This document shows positions 1 through 13,725 of a stretch of 64,000 nt of DNA, piece by piece; the first letter of the stretch is position 1; each line of letters starts with the position of its first letter. A program made the translations under genes and the position numbers. The notes beneath the pieces were generated by a model. It saw only the letters and a program-made list of their open reading frames with translations, was not told where the DNA came from and did not search any database. Source of the stretch: Eledone cirrhosa (lineage: Eukaryota); the NCBI GenBank assembly GCA_964016885.1, contig OZ024743.1, positions 149,730,001 through 149,794,000 on the forward strand. Reading direction: 5' to 3'.

Positions 1-364
1 TATATATATAAAACACATTTTCAGTTATATTGTGTACATTGTCTCTGGGTACTTATTAAATTATAAAATCTTTCCTATCTACATACATGTAAAATCTGTA
101 TATAAAATATACATTGCGAAATGTTTGGAAGTGGCTTGCCTTGGGGTCCAGGGAGTTAAGAATTATCACTACACGACTTGATTTCTTCATCACCACTGTA
201 TTTTCTAGAAATTCGTCTTATCCTGACTTTTTTTTTCCATGGATAACTAAAACACTAGTATTGCAAACATTCATACAGCATTTCAAGGCATATTTCATCT
301 CAGTATCTGTACAGGTTTATGCATAATTGTAGTTAGAAATATATATATATATATATATATATAT

Positions 365-567
365 AACGAAGGAAATGTGGTAAGGAACTAGATCGACCAT
401 AACGCACCAAAGTACTCAATACTTAGGGTAGTAGAGCGGGTAATAGGAACGAGTAGGACCCCGACGGCTGAGCTCAAGCCGTTTCGACGGCTAATTCTGG
501 ACGCGGAGTCCAGAATTAGCCGTCGAAACGGCTTGAGCTCAGCCGTCGGGGTCCTACTCGTTCCTAT
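365..567 (-). mobile_element. Family A foldback element (putative Penelope-like pLTR fragment), copy 1
   Basis: Flanked by (TA)n on both sides. Perfect 60-bp inverted arms at 443-502 and 508-567 with loop GCGGA. Carries GAAACGGCTTGAGCTCAGCCGTC-GGGGTC, resembling the 3' half of a hammerhead. Homologous copies at 11977, 13113, 13347, 18462 and 19953. Confidence 0.75.
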
Positions 568-1273
568 ATATATATATATATATACGTCAGTGTGTGTGTA
601 ATCCAGCCCCATAAATGTCGGAGTCAAGTTGTATAATCGTATCGAACCTCCTTCTATATTCATGTACTGTTCAAGTAATCATACTTCTACTATTTATGTA
701 TAATGGTCAAGTTGACATACCCCTGGTGTATATAGGAGATTGAAGCCTTCTGAACCTGCAGTATATATGCATACGAGTGTGTTTAACTGAAATTGTAATA
801 GATGTATGTCCGTGAAAAGCTAGCATACATCTGGCAGGTATGTCTAATCAATCTAATATCACAACCGACGATATATCTTTTTTAGACGTTCGGTATTGGC
901 AATATATATTGAATCAGATCCTGGAAATGGTACATGAAGCTGATTTAGACAGCATTTCAATCTCCCGCCTTCTACTTCCCATGAAAAATTAAAATGATCT
1001 AAATCCCATAAAAGCCATGTCAAGCTCACCACTACTCTATGTGCTATGCCATCTTCTGAGAAGATATAAATATTGATGAGTATCTTTGATACTCCTTTAC
1101 TTCTACTGACTGCAGTAGTTAAGTACTCATACTATGTTCCATGCATTTATGGGAGTCCTTCATCTATCGCAATAGGAGGTCCTCTTATTGATAGATCTAC
1201 ACACCTTTAGTATTAGTTGATAGAGATGGATCCATTGATAGAGATGGATCCATACGTCTATAAGCTTTAGTAA

Positions 1274-1390
1274 GGTGTAAGAGCTAGTGGTTAAGGTGTT
1301 GGACTTACGATCATAAGGTCGTGAGTTCGAATCCTGGACCGCACAACGCGCTGTGCATACGAGCAAGGCGATCCATTTCACGTTGCTTCT
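1274..1390 (+). mobile_element. tRNA-derived SINE head (decayed)
   Basis: A-box-like GCTAGTGGTTAAGG and B-box GAGTTCGAATCC. Body (gagcaagg...tttcacgttgct) matches the SINE at 18807-19157. Confidence 0.65.
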
Positions 1391-2149
1391 AATGAAATGA
1401 CTGGAGACCCCATAATCACAGTACCAAAGAAACCTCCTATGAGATACAACCTCATAGGAGGCCATTTGATTTTTTTCTTTCCGTTACTAAGATACTTGAT
1501 GTTGGTTCAATACATCTCCAATCCTTTTAAAGATACCCGTAATACCCGTATCTACATCTACATAACTGGCAAATAGTCATTAATGAGTCGATACTCTTAT
1601 TCATACAGCTATTTATAATAGAAGTAAGGTACTCATTTGAAGATTCTTTCTGAATGTTTTTACACATGCCTTGCGTGAGTATTGTATTTGTTTCCATTTT
1701 GAAAGTTCTATGTTGTTTATGTCTGTATTAATGGTAAATCTATCAGCTGATGGCTCTATTCATCTATACATTTATCAATCATTGCGGTATGTAGCTTACT
1801 TGTAGTAATGTACCCCTTGAATGTTACATGACAGTAATGCTCGCTATACCAGCCACAGACACCTCACCTTTATACACACACACAGACAAACACTTAAATA
1901 CATTGCTAAAGTGTGTGTATATATATAAATATATACACACACATAAATAATATACGTTCTACTTATAGTTTCTAATGGCAATACAAATCAGTAATTTGGT
2001 AGTTCTAGCCATTTTCTCTGCCTTATCTCTAGGTGGTTGTCTATTGATAAAAATACCCCTGTTATCTGTGAAGCATTATGTGGCGGATGGCTGGGCTGTA
2101 GCTAAGAGCCCCACAATGGTTAAAGTACCCCAAGATTATTATTATTATT

Positions 2150-2385
2150 GGTGGTTTGGCAGTATCGGTAGAGCTTCAGACACCATGCTTTGCAGCATAG
2201 AGTTATGGCTCTTTGCGTTATGAGTTCAAATCCCGCCAGGTTAACTTTGCTTTGCTTTTCAATCCTTACGGGGTCGTTAAAATAAAGCACCAGTAATGCA
2301 CTGGGTCGATTTAATCGACTTTCTCCCCCCCCCCCCACCCACCCCTTCAAATGTTTGGCCTTGTGCCTAAAGTAAAAACAATTAT
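2150..2385 (+). mobile_element. SINE family 1 (core TTTCATCCTTACGGGGTCGATAAAATAAAGTACCAG), long variant
   Basis: TGGCAGTATCGGTAGAGC A-box-like head, GAGTTCAAATCCC B-box, shared core and tail GGCCTTGTGCCTAAAGTAGAAAC; more than 15 related copies in the window. The core resembles the Meta/Sauria SINE central domain as I recall it. Confidence 0.8.
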
Positions 2386-3874
2386 TTTTTTAATTTCATT
2401 TTATTTATATATTTATTTATTTATTTATTTATTTTGCTGATATATTATTTATGGGCCCCGATGACATTTTCAGTGAGGGGCCCCATGCAAGCATAATCTG
2501 TTATGCCTGTTGTCAATACCTTATACATGCATCATTTTTGTACCGATGTCAATATACTTGTTGTCGGCACCATCTATTTGTATCGCTAGTAAGTAGTCAG
2601 TTAACCGTTTGTGGTTTGTCAGATCTGTTTATAATTGTGTTAATGTACCCGGTTGATAAGTTTCTTTATATATAAGTAGTTCTACAGAAGGGTGAAATTG
2701 GCCTTTACATTTATTTGAATTAGTATTATGTACCCGTCCATATTTCTCGGCATCTCTGCATTCAAAATATTTTATGAAATATTACTTTTCTAATTCATAG
2801 CTTGTTACTCGTGTGTGCTTCTCGTTCTTATCACCAACTTGTGTCATGTGCTGAATATTCATTTCTTGTTCATTTGAAAACTTAAACTTTGTTTCGATAT
2901 TTTAGATCCAACTGTTCGACAACATACACACTTACAGGTCAACACACAACAGAACATATACCCACCCCACCCTTATGTGTGTTAACGGTTCATTTGTTTA
3001 CATTTTGCTGTTATGGATAGGAAGGAGCACTGCTGCCGCGATCTACAATGTGTTTACATAGATTCGCTGAATAAGGCTTCAACCGAAGATCGGTCCATTT
3101 TTTTTTTTTATCTTATGGAAACAAGGGTATAGAATCATTCAATAAATTATAAACTGACGGAATTGGGCTCATATTATCACCACACTAGTATAATGACCAT
3201 TCTTGTGGTTTCTGTACTAAAGGCACCTAGGTTCAGGACACAGATTCACACACACATCCTCACAGGTGAGATTCTGTTTGCATATGTGTGTGTATGTGTG
3301 CAATCGCGTGGCTCTATTTCTATGATCATACATGTATACATGAGATCGCTTTGCCGAAGGTTTGTTAGAGGAGATTTTCTGTTTCCATTATGTAATGGTC
3401 TAAAGTTTCTATTGAACCCATACAATTTTTAAAACGATCTATTTTATGTGGTATACCGAAAATAGACACAGACAACTGAAATATATGTGATGTTGGATAT
3501 TATACACACAAACACACGTATATGTGTACACAGATATATATGCTAAAACATAAATAAACACACACACACGCGCGATATATATATATATATATATATATTC
3601 TTGTGTGTTCGCATACAGAATAAAATATTGAGTATTTTACACACACAGATAAACATGTGTATATATATATATATATATATATGTGTATGTGGGTGTTTTT
3701 TTTAGATAAGATCGTTTTGGATTTGAAAGAGAAATAACTCACACCTATACGCACACATACCCATCCCTGCTCACACACGAATATATTCTACCCTAAAGAA
3801 ATTGATCTCATATGCTACTAGTCTGATACAACTAGTTGACAAAGTTGACAATCAAAATATAAATATTTATTCCG

Positions 3875-4085
3875 TTGGTTTCTGACACAAGGCCAAACAT
3901 TTTTTTTTTGCGGTGGAAAGTCAATTAAATTGATCCCCAATAAATTACTGTTGCTTTATTTTATCGACCTTCCTTATAATTAAAGTCTAAGTTGACTCCA
4001 GAGTGATTTGAATTCAGAATACAAAGACCCGGAACTGATAACCTTAAAGTATTTTGTCTGAATACTCAACCAATTCCAACAGTCA
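3875..4085 (-). mobile_element. SINE family 1, decayed copy
   Basis: acacaaggcc...tttattttatcgacc...gatttgaattcag is the reverse complement of the family 1 core. Confidence 0.6.
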
Positions 4086-4427
4086 GAACTTCTAACACTA
4101 ACAACGTAGTTCACTCCCCACCGTTCTATATATTTATGATTTCTAGCATAAGCCTAAAAACCCCCTCTTTAAATTTTCACTTTTTTATTTGTTTATTTAT
4201 TTATTTATTTATTTATTTATTTTGTTGGAGTGAGTTGAAATCATTTTAAGTCCCTGCACTTGACTGGTACTTATTGTATTGACCCCGAAACAATGAAAAC
4301 AAATTACAGTTGTAAATGGGGTATGGGCATATAGTTGATTTAATCGATTCCAATACTTGAATGCCACTTATATTTTATAGACTCTGAAAGGGAAAGTTGC
4401 CGTTCCTTATTTGGGAATTTAATATTG

Positions 4428-4476
<49 letters not shown>

Positions 4477-4477
<1 letters not shown>

Positions 4478-4725
4478 TGTTTCTACGTTAGGCACAAGGC
4501 CAGCAATTACCCAGTGTATTACTGGTACTTTATTTTATCAACCCCGTAAGGATGAAAGGCAAAGTTAACCTCGGCGGGAAATAATGGTTTCTGATTTAGG
4601 TACAAGGCCAGCAATTTTTGGGGGAGGGTGGGTGGGGGGAGTCGATTAAATCGACTCCAGTGCGTCACTAGTTCTTTATTTTATCGATCCTGTAAGGATG
4701 AAAGGTAAAGTTTAACCTCGGCGAG
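4477..4725 (-). mobile_element. Two tandem SINE family 1 fragments (short variant, then long variant) after an (AAT)n run
   Basis: Two successive copies of ggcacaaggccagcaatt...cgtaaggatgaaaggcaaagttaacctcggcg. Confidence 0.8.
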
Positions 4726-6481
4726 AATCATAATAATACGCAAGCTTCACAATTTCCCCAATTCTCTTCTCTTAGAAACTCAACGAGTAAGTTGGGCCTA
4801 AGTAAAATCAATAATCTAATAGAGCCGTAGAGACAAGCTCCCGGCGAGTCTTGTCGCAACCTGGTTTCGAAATCAATTCAGTTCACTGACACTTTTAATG
4901 CTCTTAAAAGGGTACGAGGCATTTAGTCATATTCCTACACATCCATAAATCTAAAAACCTTATGCTTTATAATACACAATTATTTTTACACACCGATCTT
5001 GTCGTCAATCAAGTGATATTGCTAATGAATTGCTGTTCTTTAATTTAATTACTTTTGTTGTTACCGTAATTATTTTATTGGAAATCATTTAAGAAATTAG
5101 AAGAAATTAATTAAGAGCAGTACATTTTCCTACACAACGATACAGCGTCAAACTGGCCGTTTAAACTTCATGAAACCACACTTCCTTACAAATGTTACAG
5201 TAGTCTTCACACGACCAGCAATAATAAACAGCTATCCCTGTATTTGTTCCTATGTTTTCTGTATATTTTCAAATTAAAGCACATCTGGCGAAAGTCAAAT
5301 ATGCATTTTTTTTTTCTTTCTGATATTAAACAGAAGAAAATAATTGTATTTAAAATTGAAACAGTTTATCGAAAAGTTGTATTCTTCGTAGACACATTTT
5401 TAAACACGTACACACATATACACATACACGCACTCGAGAAGAGTGAGAGAAATAGATAGATTGGTCAGATAGATAGATAGAAGAGAGAGAGAGAGAGATG
5501 TATTTATGAACGTACATGTGTAGATCGATGTAGATATGTGTGCAGATGGGTGTATGCCCTATACACACACACACACACTTATATACACATATATATATAT
5601 GTGCGTGTGTATGTGTGTGTGTGTGTCGGTTGTAGCAATTTTGTTTATATTTAGCTAATCTTAACTATTGAAAATTGTCAAACAGTGTTGTTTATATTAA
5701 TTGTCAATTTTCTATTATCAGTTTTATTATCAAATTTGCTTGTTTCAGTTTAATTCAAGCATTTTATAATATTTCATTTACTGCCTGCGATAAAAACTAA
5801 ATTCATTTTTTGTTTCTTTTTTGCTCTTGTGCTTAATTCATCTGAGCGATTCTATTTATTATGATATTCCAGACTAGTACGTCGAACGGAGCTGACCGTA
5901 TTCTGTTGGAATAAATAAAATCTCTCTTCGTTATCTATCCATCTGCCAATGTTTCTGATGCTTCCCTGACCTTCCCAAGAGTATTAACGATGCTATGAAT
6001 CGAAACCGGTTCGCGGATTCGCTTCGTTGGCAACGTATTTAATTTTTTTTTTTTTTTTTTTTCGTTATACATTCTTTATTTGTTTACATAAAAATACGAA
6101 GCAGTAAAATAATCAGAGTAATGTTGTGACAATCATGCTTTTCCAACAACAGTAGTAGCGTAAAATGGGAATCGAAAGCGGTTTACGTGATAGTAATAAT
6201 AGTTGTTTCTTAAATATAATAGATATATGAGAGAGAGAGAGAGAGAAGTTAAATAAATGAAATGATTTCAAGTAAGATTCGAAACCGTATTGTGTAATTG
6301 GCTTCATGGAACCTTACCAACTGCATAAAACTATTCCTTTTGCAATTACTTTGTAAGGTCAGTTTCAAATATATTGTACTATCTTACATGAAATTTATTT
6401 TATTGACGCCAGAGATTGAAAGACAAATTTGACCCCGACCAAATTTCAACTCGGCAATGTAAGACACACATACATACACTA

Positions 6482-6516
<35 letters not shown>

Positions 6517-6567
6517 CGATGAAATACCAATGATGGTTGGAAGATCACTGATGAAGGACTAACTTTA

Positions 6568-6613
<46 letters not shown>

Positions 6614-6722
6614 TGTATGTATGTATGTATGTGTGTATGTATGTATGTGTGTGTGTGTGTGTGTTATGTATTTCCGTAGAAAAGGTAAAGGAAAGAAGAG
6701 TGCTCTATGTATAGTATAGAAC

Positions 6723-6774
<52 letters not shown>

Positions 6775-6776
<2 letters not shown>

Positions 6777-6862
6777 ATAATATTAATAACTGGAAACTAT
6801 CTTTATAAAACTGTTATAAACTAAATTTGTTGAATAACCAACAAATTAAATAACTCATTGCT

Positions 6863-6865
<3 letters not shown>
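6775..6865. mobile_element. Family B fragment between (TA)n runs
   Basis: ggaaactatctttataaaac and ttgttgaataaccaacaaattaaat match family B at 18188, 35081 and 40683, in opposite orientations. Confidence 0.5.
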
Positions 6866-6923
<58 letters not shown>

Positions 6924-7714
6924 GAATGAAGAGTAGTGGTGATGATGGTTTGCGCAAAATACACAACTGGTTGTTTTGTTTATGTTAATCCAGTTTGGTG
7001 AATAAGACTCGATATTTATAAAGAGTGATGAGATGTTGTGATGTTCACGCCTTCACATGACATTTCTTGAAAAAAAATTGAAAAAGAATCGCATGCTCGT
7101 TAGAATAGAATTAACCAGCGTATTTTGATTAAACACTAATACTTTTTTTATTTTTTTTTTACATAATGCATTAACTTCCGATATGTTTTTCTTACCGGCA
7201 TTAATAAGGTTAGTGGAGTAAACTTTACAAAGAAATCGAAACCAAGTTACTGATTTAACTCATCGCGCTTACCGCTTACTCTACGATCATAGTTAATAAC
7301 ATCACTATTATCAAATATCCCAGACCGCTCCGAAACGTCTCTCGAGTCGTAGTTGTCATCGTCGTCTCTACTATCATTATCTTCCCCACCTCATCCAACT
7401 GCCGGCTTTCTTTATATTCCTCCCCTTCTCTTCTCTCTCTATCTTTTTTCCTCCACGCGCTACCGCACGACATTCTTCTTTACTCCCATTTTCCTGTCTC
7501 TGTCTGTGTATCTGCTGACGGCTGGCAGGGCTTCGAGAACTCGTATGAAGGGGTTTCTGTCCATGCTGTTGTTACTCACATATCGTTGCTAACTGATCTG
7601 TACTGTTTTTATTCTCTTCTTTTCCTGGTCACAGTTTTTTGGGGCGCATAGCTTTGTATATACGTAAAAAAAAAAAAAAAAAAAAAAAAAATAGAAAAGA
7701 AAGGAAGAAAGGAC

Positions 7715-7767
<53 letters not shown>

Positions 7768-7807
7768 TTTAAAAAAACACACCAAAAATGAAGAATTTGT
7801 AAAAGAC

Positions 7808-7849
7808 ATGCCGATAAGTACATTGTTTGCTGTATGCAAGTGGAGGAGG
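7808..7849 (+). other. Possible short initial coding exon (MPISTLFAVCKWRR) ending at a consensus splice donor
   Basis: ATG at 7808, open frame to G|GTAAGT at 7850-7855, with CpG-containing non-repeat sequence upstream (7260-7620). No homology recognised and no partner exon found. Confidence 0.15.
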
Positions 7850-8298
7850 GTAAGTGGTCATTTGCAGTTTCCTGATCATTTCACTGTAGTTATGTTACGA
7901 TAATGAAGTTATGTACTTTTATATATATGTGTGTGTGTGTGTTAGTGTGCGCGCGCGCGTGCGTGTGTGTGTCTGTGTGTGTGTAGATTTATCTATGTAT
8001 ATATGCATGTCTGTTGTTATTAGGGCAGTAAAGTCAGAAGTACAATGAAATGATAAAAACAAAAGTAGCATCGTTAATGAATCTAGTCAGTGTCCGAAAG
8101 CACACTTCTTCGACTCCTCGTTGACAACGTAAAAAATATGTCACTAATGACGATAGGATTGATAAGTAACACACACACACACACAAAAAACAGCACAACA
8201 GCAAAGATGATGTAATAGAGATGATGAGATTTACACTTTCAGTTTCTATTCATTAAATAAGCAGTTGTGATTATTATTAAGAAGATTGGTTCTGTCTC

Positions 8299-8849
<551 letters not shown>

Positions 8850-9538
8850 TATATATAGATTATCTAAATAATATCAACATAAGAATTCCCATGCCATATA
8901 GCAGCATACTTGATGTGAAATAGTTTCGAACGGATATTGAAACCGGGTGCCTGACACGGTTCTCTAAATCCTATGGTTCCACGACGCTTGTTTTGTAATA
9001 CAATCGTTTCTTAGTCAAACAAGCATTGAAAAATGCTTCTCTTTAATTTGTTTCTTAAAGGAACAGTTACTAGAAATAGTGTTTTGTTTTTTCGTTTTTG
9101 TTGTTTTTCTTTTTCCTTTTTCTTTTTCTTTCTATTTCTTTTTTTTTTTTTTGAAAATCATTACACATTTTCCATTTCCCTCGGATAAGTACAGTGTTTC
9201 TTTATTATATAGAGAATGTATATATTCTATTTAAGGAACTCAGAATATGACTGGTATTTATTTTAGCAACTTCGGAAGGATAGCAACCTAGATACTAGAT
9301 ACTGAATCAATTGTAATAACAACTATAACAATGATTTATTTTTTACATTACTAGAAGGTCTGACAAAATGCATTCGTGGTTTAATAGTATTGGTACGTAT
9401 TTATTTTATCTTTCCCGTAGGATTGAAAGCCCTGTCGATCTTTGATGGCATTTGTACTCGGGGCGTAGAGGGATGTTATTAAATCGCGCTTAGTATTTAT
9501 TTGGTTCAATGCTTTACTATTTGCACTACTCCATTGCT

Positions 9539-9596
<58 letters not shown>

Positions 9597-10234
9597 TCAA
9601 CAACAACAACAACAACAGGGATGATTAATATATTAATGCTGATAATATCGATCACTTTTATTCAAATATCGATTTAGTAACATTAACGATACGAATGATA
9701 ACAAGAGTCACGTTAAAATGATTTTGTCGATAGGTTAAATAAATAGAACTGAGTGTCTACTGCGATAATATATATATATGTATGTATGTATATATATATA
9801 TATAAGAAAGTATTTTTTTTTTTTTCTTGTTTTATTTTGTTTGAGGGAAGCGATCCCCGTTAGATGAGTCAACTCAAATATTATCACTCGAAGATTTCAC
9901 TTCGCTTTAGCAAATTCTGAGGCGAACAGTGTCACGGCGCGACTGCGTGTGTGTCTGTTTGTAAATTAATTACAGAACAGCTGATTAAATATTTATAATT
10001 TTTACCGAGATCTTCACCACCAAGCGAGTTTGTGTGTACGATGTGTGGGGTGTGGTATGTATTGAGAGGAGTAAAAAAAAACTTATGTTGCGAAACTTTT
10101 TTGTTTTATTTGACAGAGAATCTATTTTCTTGTATTCTAGGCATAATAGATTTGTATTGATTTCTTATTATGGCTAGTGGTAATAAATGAGACCTTAGAA
10201 ATATACTAATAACATTATCATTATTATTTTTCCA

Positions 10235-10440
10235 GGGTGGTGGATTGGCAGAGATAGGGCATCGAACAAAATGCTTTGCGTTATTTATAATTTTTTAGTT
10301 TTTTTTTCAATTTCTGTGTTCAAATCCTACCGAGGTGAAATTTGGCTTTCGTCTTTCCGGGTTCGAAAAGTTAAACACCAGTTCGATATTGGAGTAGATT
10401 TAATCAACAAACACCACCATCCGTTTTAGAAACAATTGTT
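10235..10440 (+). mobile_element. SINE family 1, decayed copy
   Basis: ggtggattggcagaga head, gttcaaatcctaccgagg, and ctttcgtctttccgggttcgaaaag core. Confidence 0.6.
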
Positions 10441-10519
10441 ATTTATGTCTTAGTTAAAATTCTGCCAGGGACAATATGTATTGCACTTCATCATTTAGGG
10501 ACCAATATGTATGTGTGTG

Positions 10520-10559
<40 letters not shown>

Positions 10560-10689
10560 TATATGTATTAAAATATAGAGAAAAATACTGCAGGTAGCAC
10601 ATGGTAATATATATATGTATATATATAGTAATAATAATAATATATATATATATATGTATATATATAGTAATAATAATAATAATAATAAT

Positions 10690-10745
10690 AATGATTTCAT
10701 TTATTAGCCACAAGGGCCGACATGACATGTAGGGGACAGAATAAT
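10690..10745 (-). mobile_element. 3' tail of the Tx1-like LINE family
   Basis: Reverse complement CCCTTGTGGCTAATAAATGAAATC(ATT)n matches CCCTTGTGGTTAATAAAGAAATC(ATT)n at ~55556-55600. Confidence 0.65.
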
Positions 10746-10949
10746 ATATATATATATATATATATCCAACAAAGAAAACTAAAAGGGTTTTTGTCAATAA
10801 TATACGGGACATGTCAAGTTATTGTATATGACAGTCTATATATAGAGATAGATAGATAGTTAAATATATCTAGATCAGAGACGCAGCAGGTCCGTATCAC
10901 CTTGTTTTATATACACACTGATGAATATTATTTTCTACCTCCAAAGAAA

Positions 10950-11041
10950 CCCTCTGATGACGGAATATTCTTCTAATGTTGTTGTCTTAATTTATTAAGT
11001 TAGTTAATATTGTTTCTTAATTCCAGAAACTGTAGTGAGGG
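10950..11041 (+). ncRNA. Type I hammerhead ribozyme-like motif, cleavage site probably inactivated (GUG)
   Basis: CCCT-CTGATGA-cGGAAT...long AT-rich loop...ATTCCa-GAAAC-TGTA-GT-G-AGGG. Stem I CCCT/AGGG, stem II GGAAT/ATTCC. Confidence 0.65.
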
Positions 11042-11317
11042 AAAAGATGAGGGCGACATTATCTTGTATTAGTTTGTTTTGCCCTGTATTCCCCTACGAA
11101 AACTAACATAAGTTAAGCTATGTTTATATATATGTTTCATCGATTTCTATTTGCCGAAGCGCGGTGTAAACATAAACACCGACAAACACACACATGCAGA
11201 TATACACGACGGTCATCTGCATAGTTTCTGTCTACCAAATAGTTGTGCAAAGTGCCGCGTAGTTGGAGCAAAACCATAACAAGATGATTGCGAACTGCGC
11301 CCTTATGTATGGATGTG

Positions 11318-11348
<31 letters not shown>

Positions 11349-11369
11349 ATGAACGCACCTATGAATAAC

Positions 11370-11640
11370 AGGCACAGACATGGAAGTGTGGTTAAAAGCA
11401 CGTTTCGCAACAATGTGGTTCTGAGTTCTACCCTTCTATACAGCACATTGACATATATGTTGTAAGCAGAGGAGAATTTGATGAACAGAATGTGCAGATG
11501 ATCGTCGTGTATGTGCACACGTGTGTGTATTTCCGCTATTTACGTGTTTATACCTTTACACTGTGTAATCTAGCGGTTCAACAAACAGAGATCGTTAGAA
11601 GTGTTGCAATATATATCGGCATTATATAATCGACTGGACC
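11370..11640 (+). mobile_element. tRNA-derived SINE family 3, decayed
   Basis: gtgtggttaaaagcacgtttcgcaacaatgtggttctgagttc head; related to copies at 25690-25910 and 52500-52780. Confidence 0.5.
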
Positions 11641-11945
11641 CTATGCGTATATGCGTGTTTTCATGTACTAGAATTTTTTTTCAACATGCTGACGCGTATG
11701 TGTTTATGTGTGTGCGTGTCTGCGTATGCATATGCATACATTCATATGTATGAGTATATAACTATAAATGCGCAAACACAGACACACTTACAAAAATACA
11801 CTCACAGCCATACATTCACACAAACACACACACACATATACATACACACATCACACTTATATACATAAAGACACACACACACACATATATATATAAGCAC
11901 ACATGCACACAAGCATATATATATATATATGCATATATATGTGTG

Positions 11946-11976
<31 letters not shown>

Positions 11977-11977
<1 letters not shown>

Positions 11978-12096
11978 AAGTTTCAGGTCCCCGACGGCTG
12001 AGCTCCGGCCGTTTCGACAGCTAGATCCGAACTCTACTACCTCAAGTATCGAGTACTCTGGTGGGTTATGGTCTAACTGATTTTTGACATACCCTA

Positions 12097-12101
<5 letters not shown>
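11977..12101. mobile_element. Family A copy with internal inversion
   Basis: 11977-12033 and 12034-12101 match family A in opposite orientations; (TA)n on both sides. Confidence 0.7.
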
Positions 12102-12147
<46 letters not shown>

Positions 12148-12236
12148 ATTGTTTATTATACATTAACTATTTAGCTCTGTAACTTACATAGAGCACTCTT
12201 CATTCCTCTGACTTTTTCAATTTTCAACAAACTTCA

Positions 12237-12300
<64 letters not shown>

Positions 12301-12302
<2 letters not shown>

Positions 12303-12720
12303 TTTTCGGTGCGCCCGGCCGATTAACTCACTCGATATGCAAATTAGGCTGCTCAGCCGTTAATATGCATAAGGAAAGTATATACTTTCAGACGTTCAAT
12401 CATCTGGCAGGAAGGTATACGGTGCTGACGATAGCTAATAAGCTTGAAACTAGTACATCGTTCCTTTGTCAGTGTTGAACAAAAAGGGCAACGATGGTTG
12501 CTAGACACTGTACGGCTTAATTCGGGATGTTTGTTTACAAACACACCGAGCATTATAATAAATGTTCGGTGAATCCATACGTACATATATATATGTGTGC
12601 ATGTATGTATATATATATACATACTACTGTAAGTCTGTATACATATATGTATGTACGTATACATACTTATATTTAAGTAACAACCGTACTAAGAGTGAGA
12701 AATGAAATTTCATTTTTTCC

Positions 12721-12725
<5 letters not shown>
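12301..12725 (+). mobile_element. Family D element (hammerhead-bearing) between (TA)n runs
   Basis: 12535-12725 is the reverse complement of 21603-21820. Contains the hammerhead at 12419-12461. Confidence 0.7.
12419..12461 (+). ncRNA. Minimal type I hammerhead ribozyme
   Basis: ACGGTG-CTGACGA-tAGCT-AATA-AGCTt-GAAAC-TA-GT-A-CATCGT. Six-bp stem I (one G.U), intact core, palindromic stem III ACTAGT, GUA cleavage triplet. Confidence 0.8.
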
Positions 12726-12762
<37 letters not shown>

Positions 12763-13030
12763 GGGGAGAGAGAGGGACATACATACACACACACATATAT
12801 AATAAAATAAACATGTGTGGACTTTCAACTATTTCAATGATTGGGCTGCAGTTATGCTGGGTGACCGTCTTCGGTGGTTTAGTTGATCAATTAACTCCAG
12901 TATTTATTTCAGTGTGCTACTTATTTTACCATTTGTACTCTATCTATTAACCTTTAATACACTGCCTTTATTACACCATGTGGTTGTAAAAACAACTGCC
13001 AACTTTTTGGCCAACTACTCATGTCCATGC

Positions 13031-13111
<81 letters not shown>

Positions 13112-13112
13112 A

Positions 13113-13303
13113 AACGAAGGAGGTGTGGTAAGGAACCAGATGGACCATAACGCACCAGAGTACTCAATACTTAGGGTAGTAGAGTAGGTAATAGGAAAAT
13201 GTTTAACCCCGACGGCAGAGCTCAAGCCGTTTCGACGGCTATTTCAGTCCAGAAATAGCCGTCGAAACGGCTTGAGCTCTGCCGTCGGGGTTAAACATTT
13301 TCT

Positions 13304-13306
<3 letters not shown>
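13113..13306 (-). mobile_element. Family A foldback element, copy 3
   Basis: 55-bp arms at 13191-13245 and 13252-13306 (one mismatch), microsatellite flanks. Confidence 0.75.
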
Positions 13307-13340
<34 letters not shown>

Positions 13341-13346
13341 ATAAAG

Positions 13347-13475
13347 AACAAAGAGGGTGTGGTAAGATACCAAGTGGACCATAACGCACCAGAGAACACA
13401 ATACTGTGGGTAATAGGAAAAGAGTCAGGATCCCGACGGCTGAGTTCCGGCCCTTTCGACAGCTAGATCCGAACT
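13347..13475 (-). mobile_element. Family A copy without foldback
   Basis: ggtgtggtaag...gaccataacgcaccagag...cccgacggctgagttccggccctttcgacagctagatccgaact. Confidence 0.7.
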
Positions 13476-13478
13476 GTA

Positions 13479-13517
<39 letters not shown>

Positions 13518-13585
13518 CAGAAACAGAGTGTGCACGGAACAAAGACAACAGAAAAACGGACAGTCCCATGTCCTCAGTCACACAT

Positions 13586-13631
<46 letters not shown>

Positions 13632-13679
13632 CATTTTCTTTTCTTGAACACTTGGTGAATTTCGGCACTTACATAGCAA

Positions 13680-13725
<46 letters not shown>

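Noticed and set aside
1274-1345. tRNA gene
   Set aside because: A and B boxes are present but there is no full cloverleaf, and the sequence continues into a SINE body.
3062-3100. CTGAATA...GAAG...GTC hammerhead-like pattern
   Set aside because: Two core mismatches and no stem I.
5980-6020. Hammerhead-like TTAACGA...GAAACCGGTT
   Set aside because: Core is degenerate and neither stem I nor stem II pairs convincingly.
6545-6572. CACTGATGAAGGA next to (TA)n
   Set aside because: No GAAA half is present, so it cannot be called a ribozyme.
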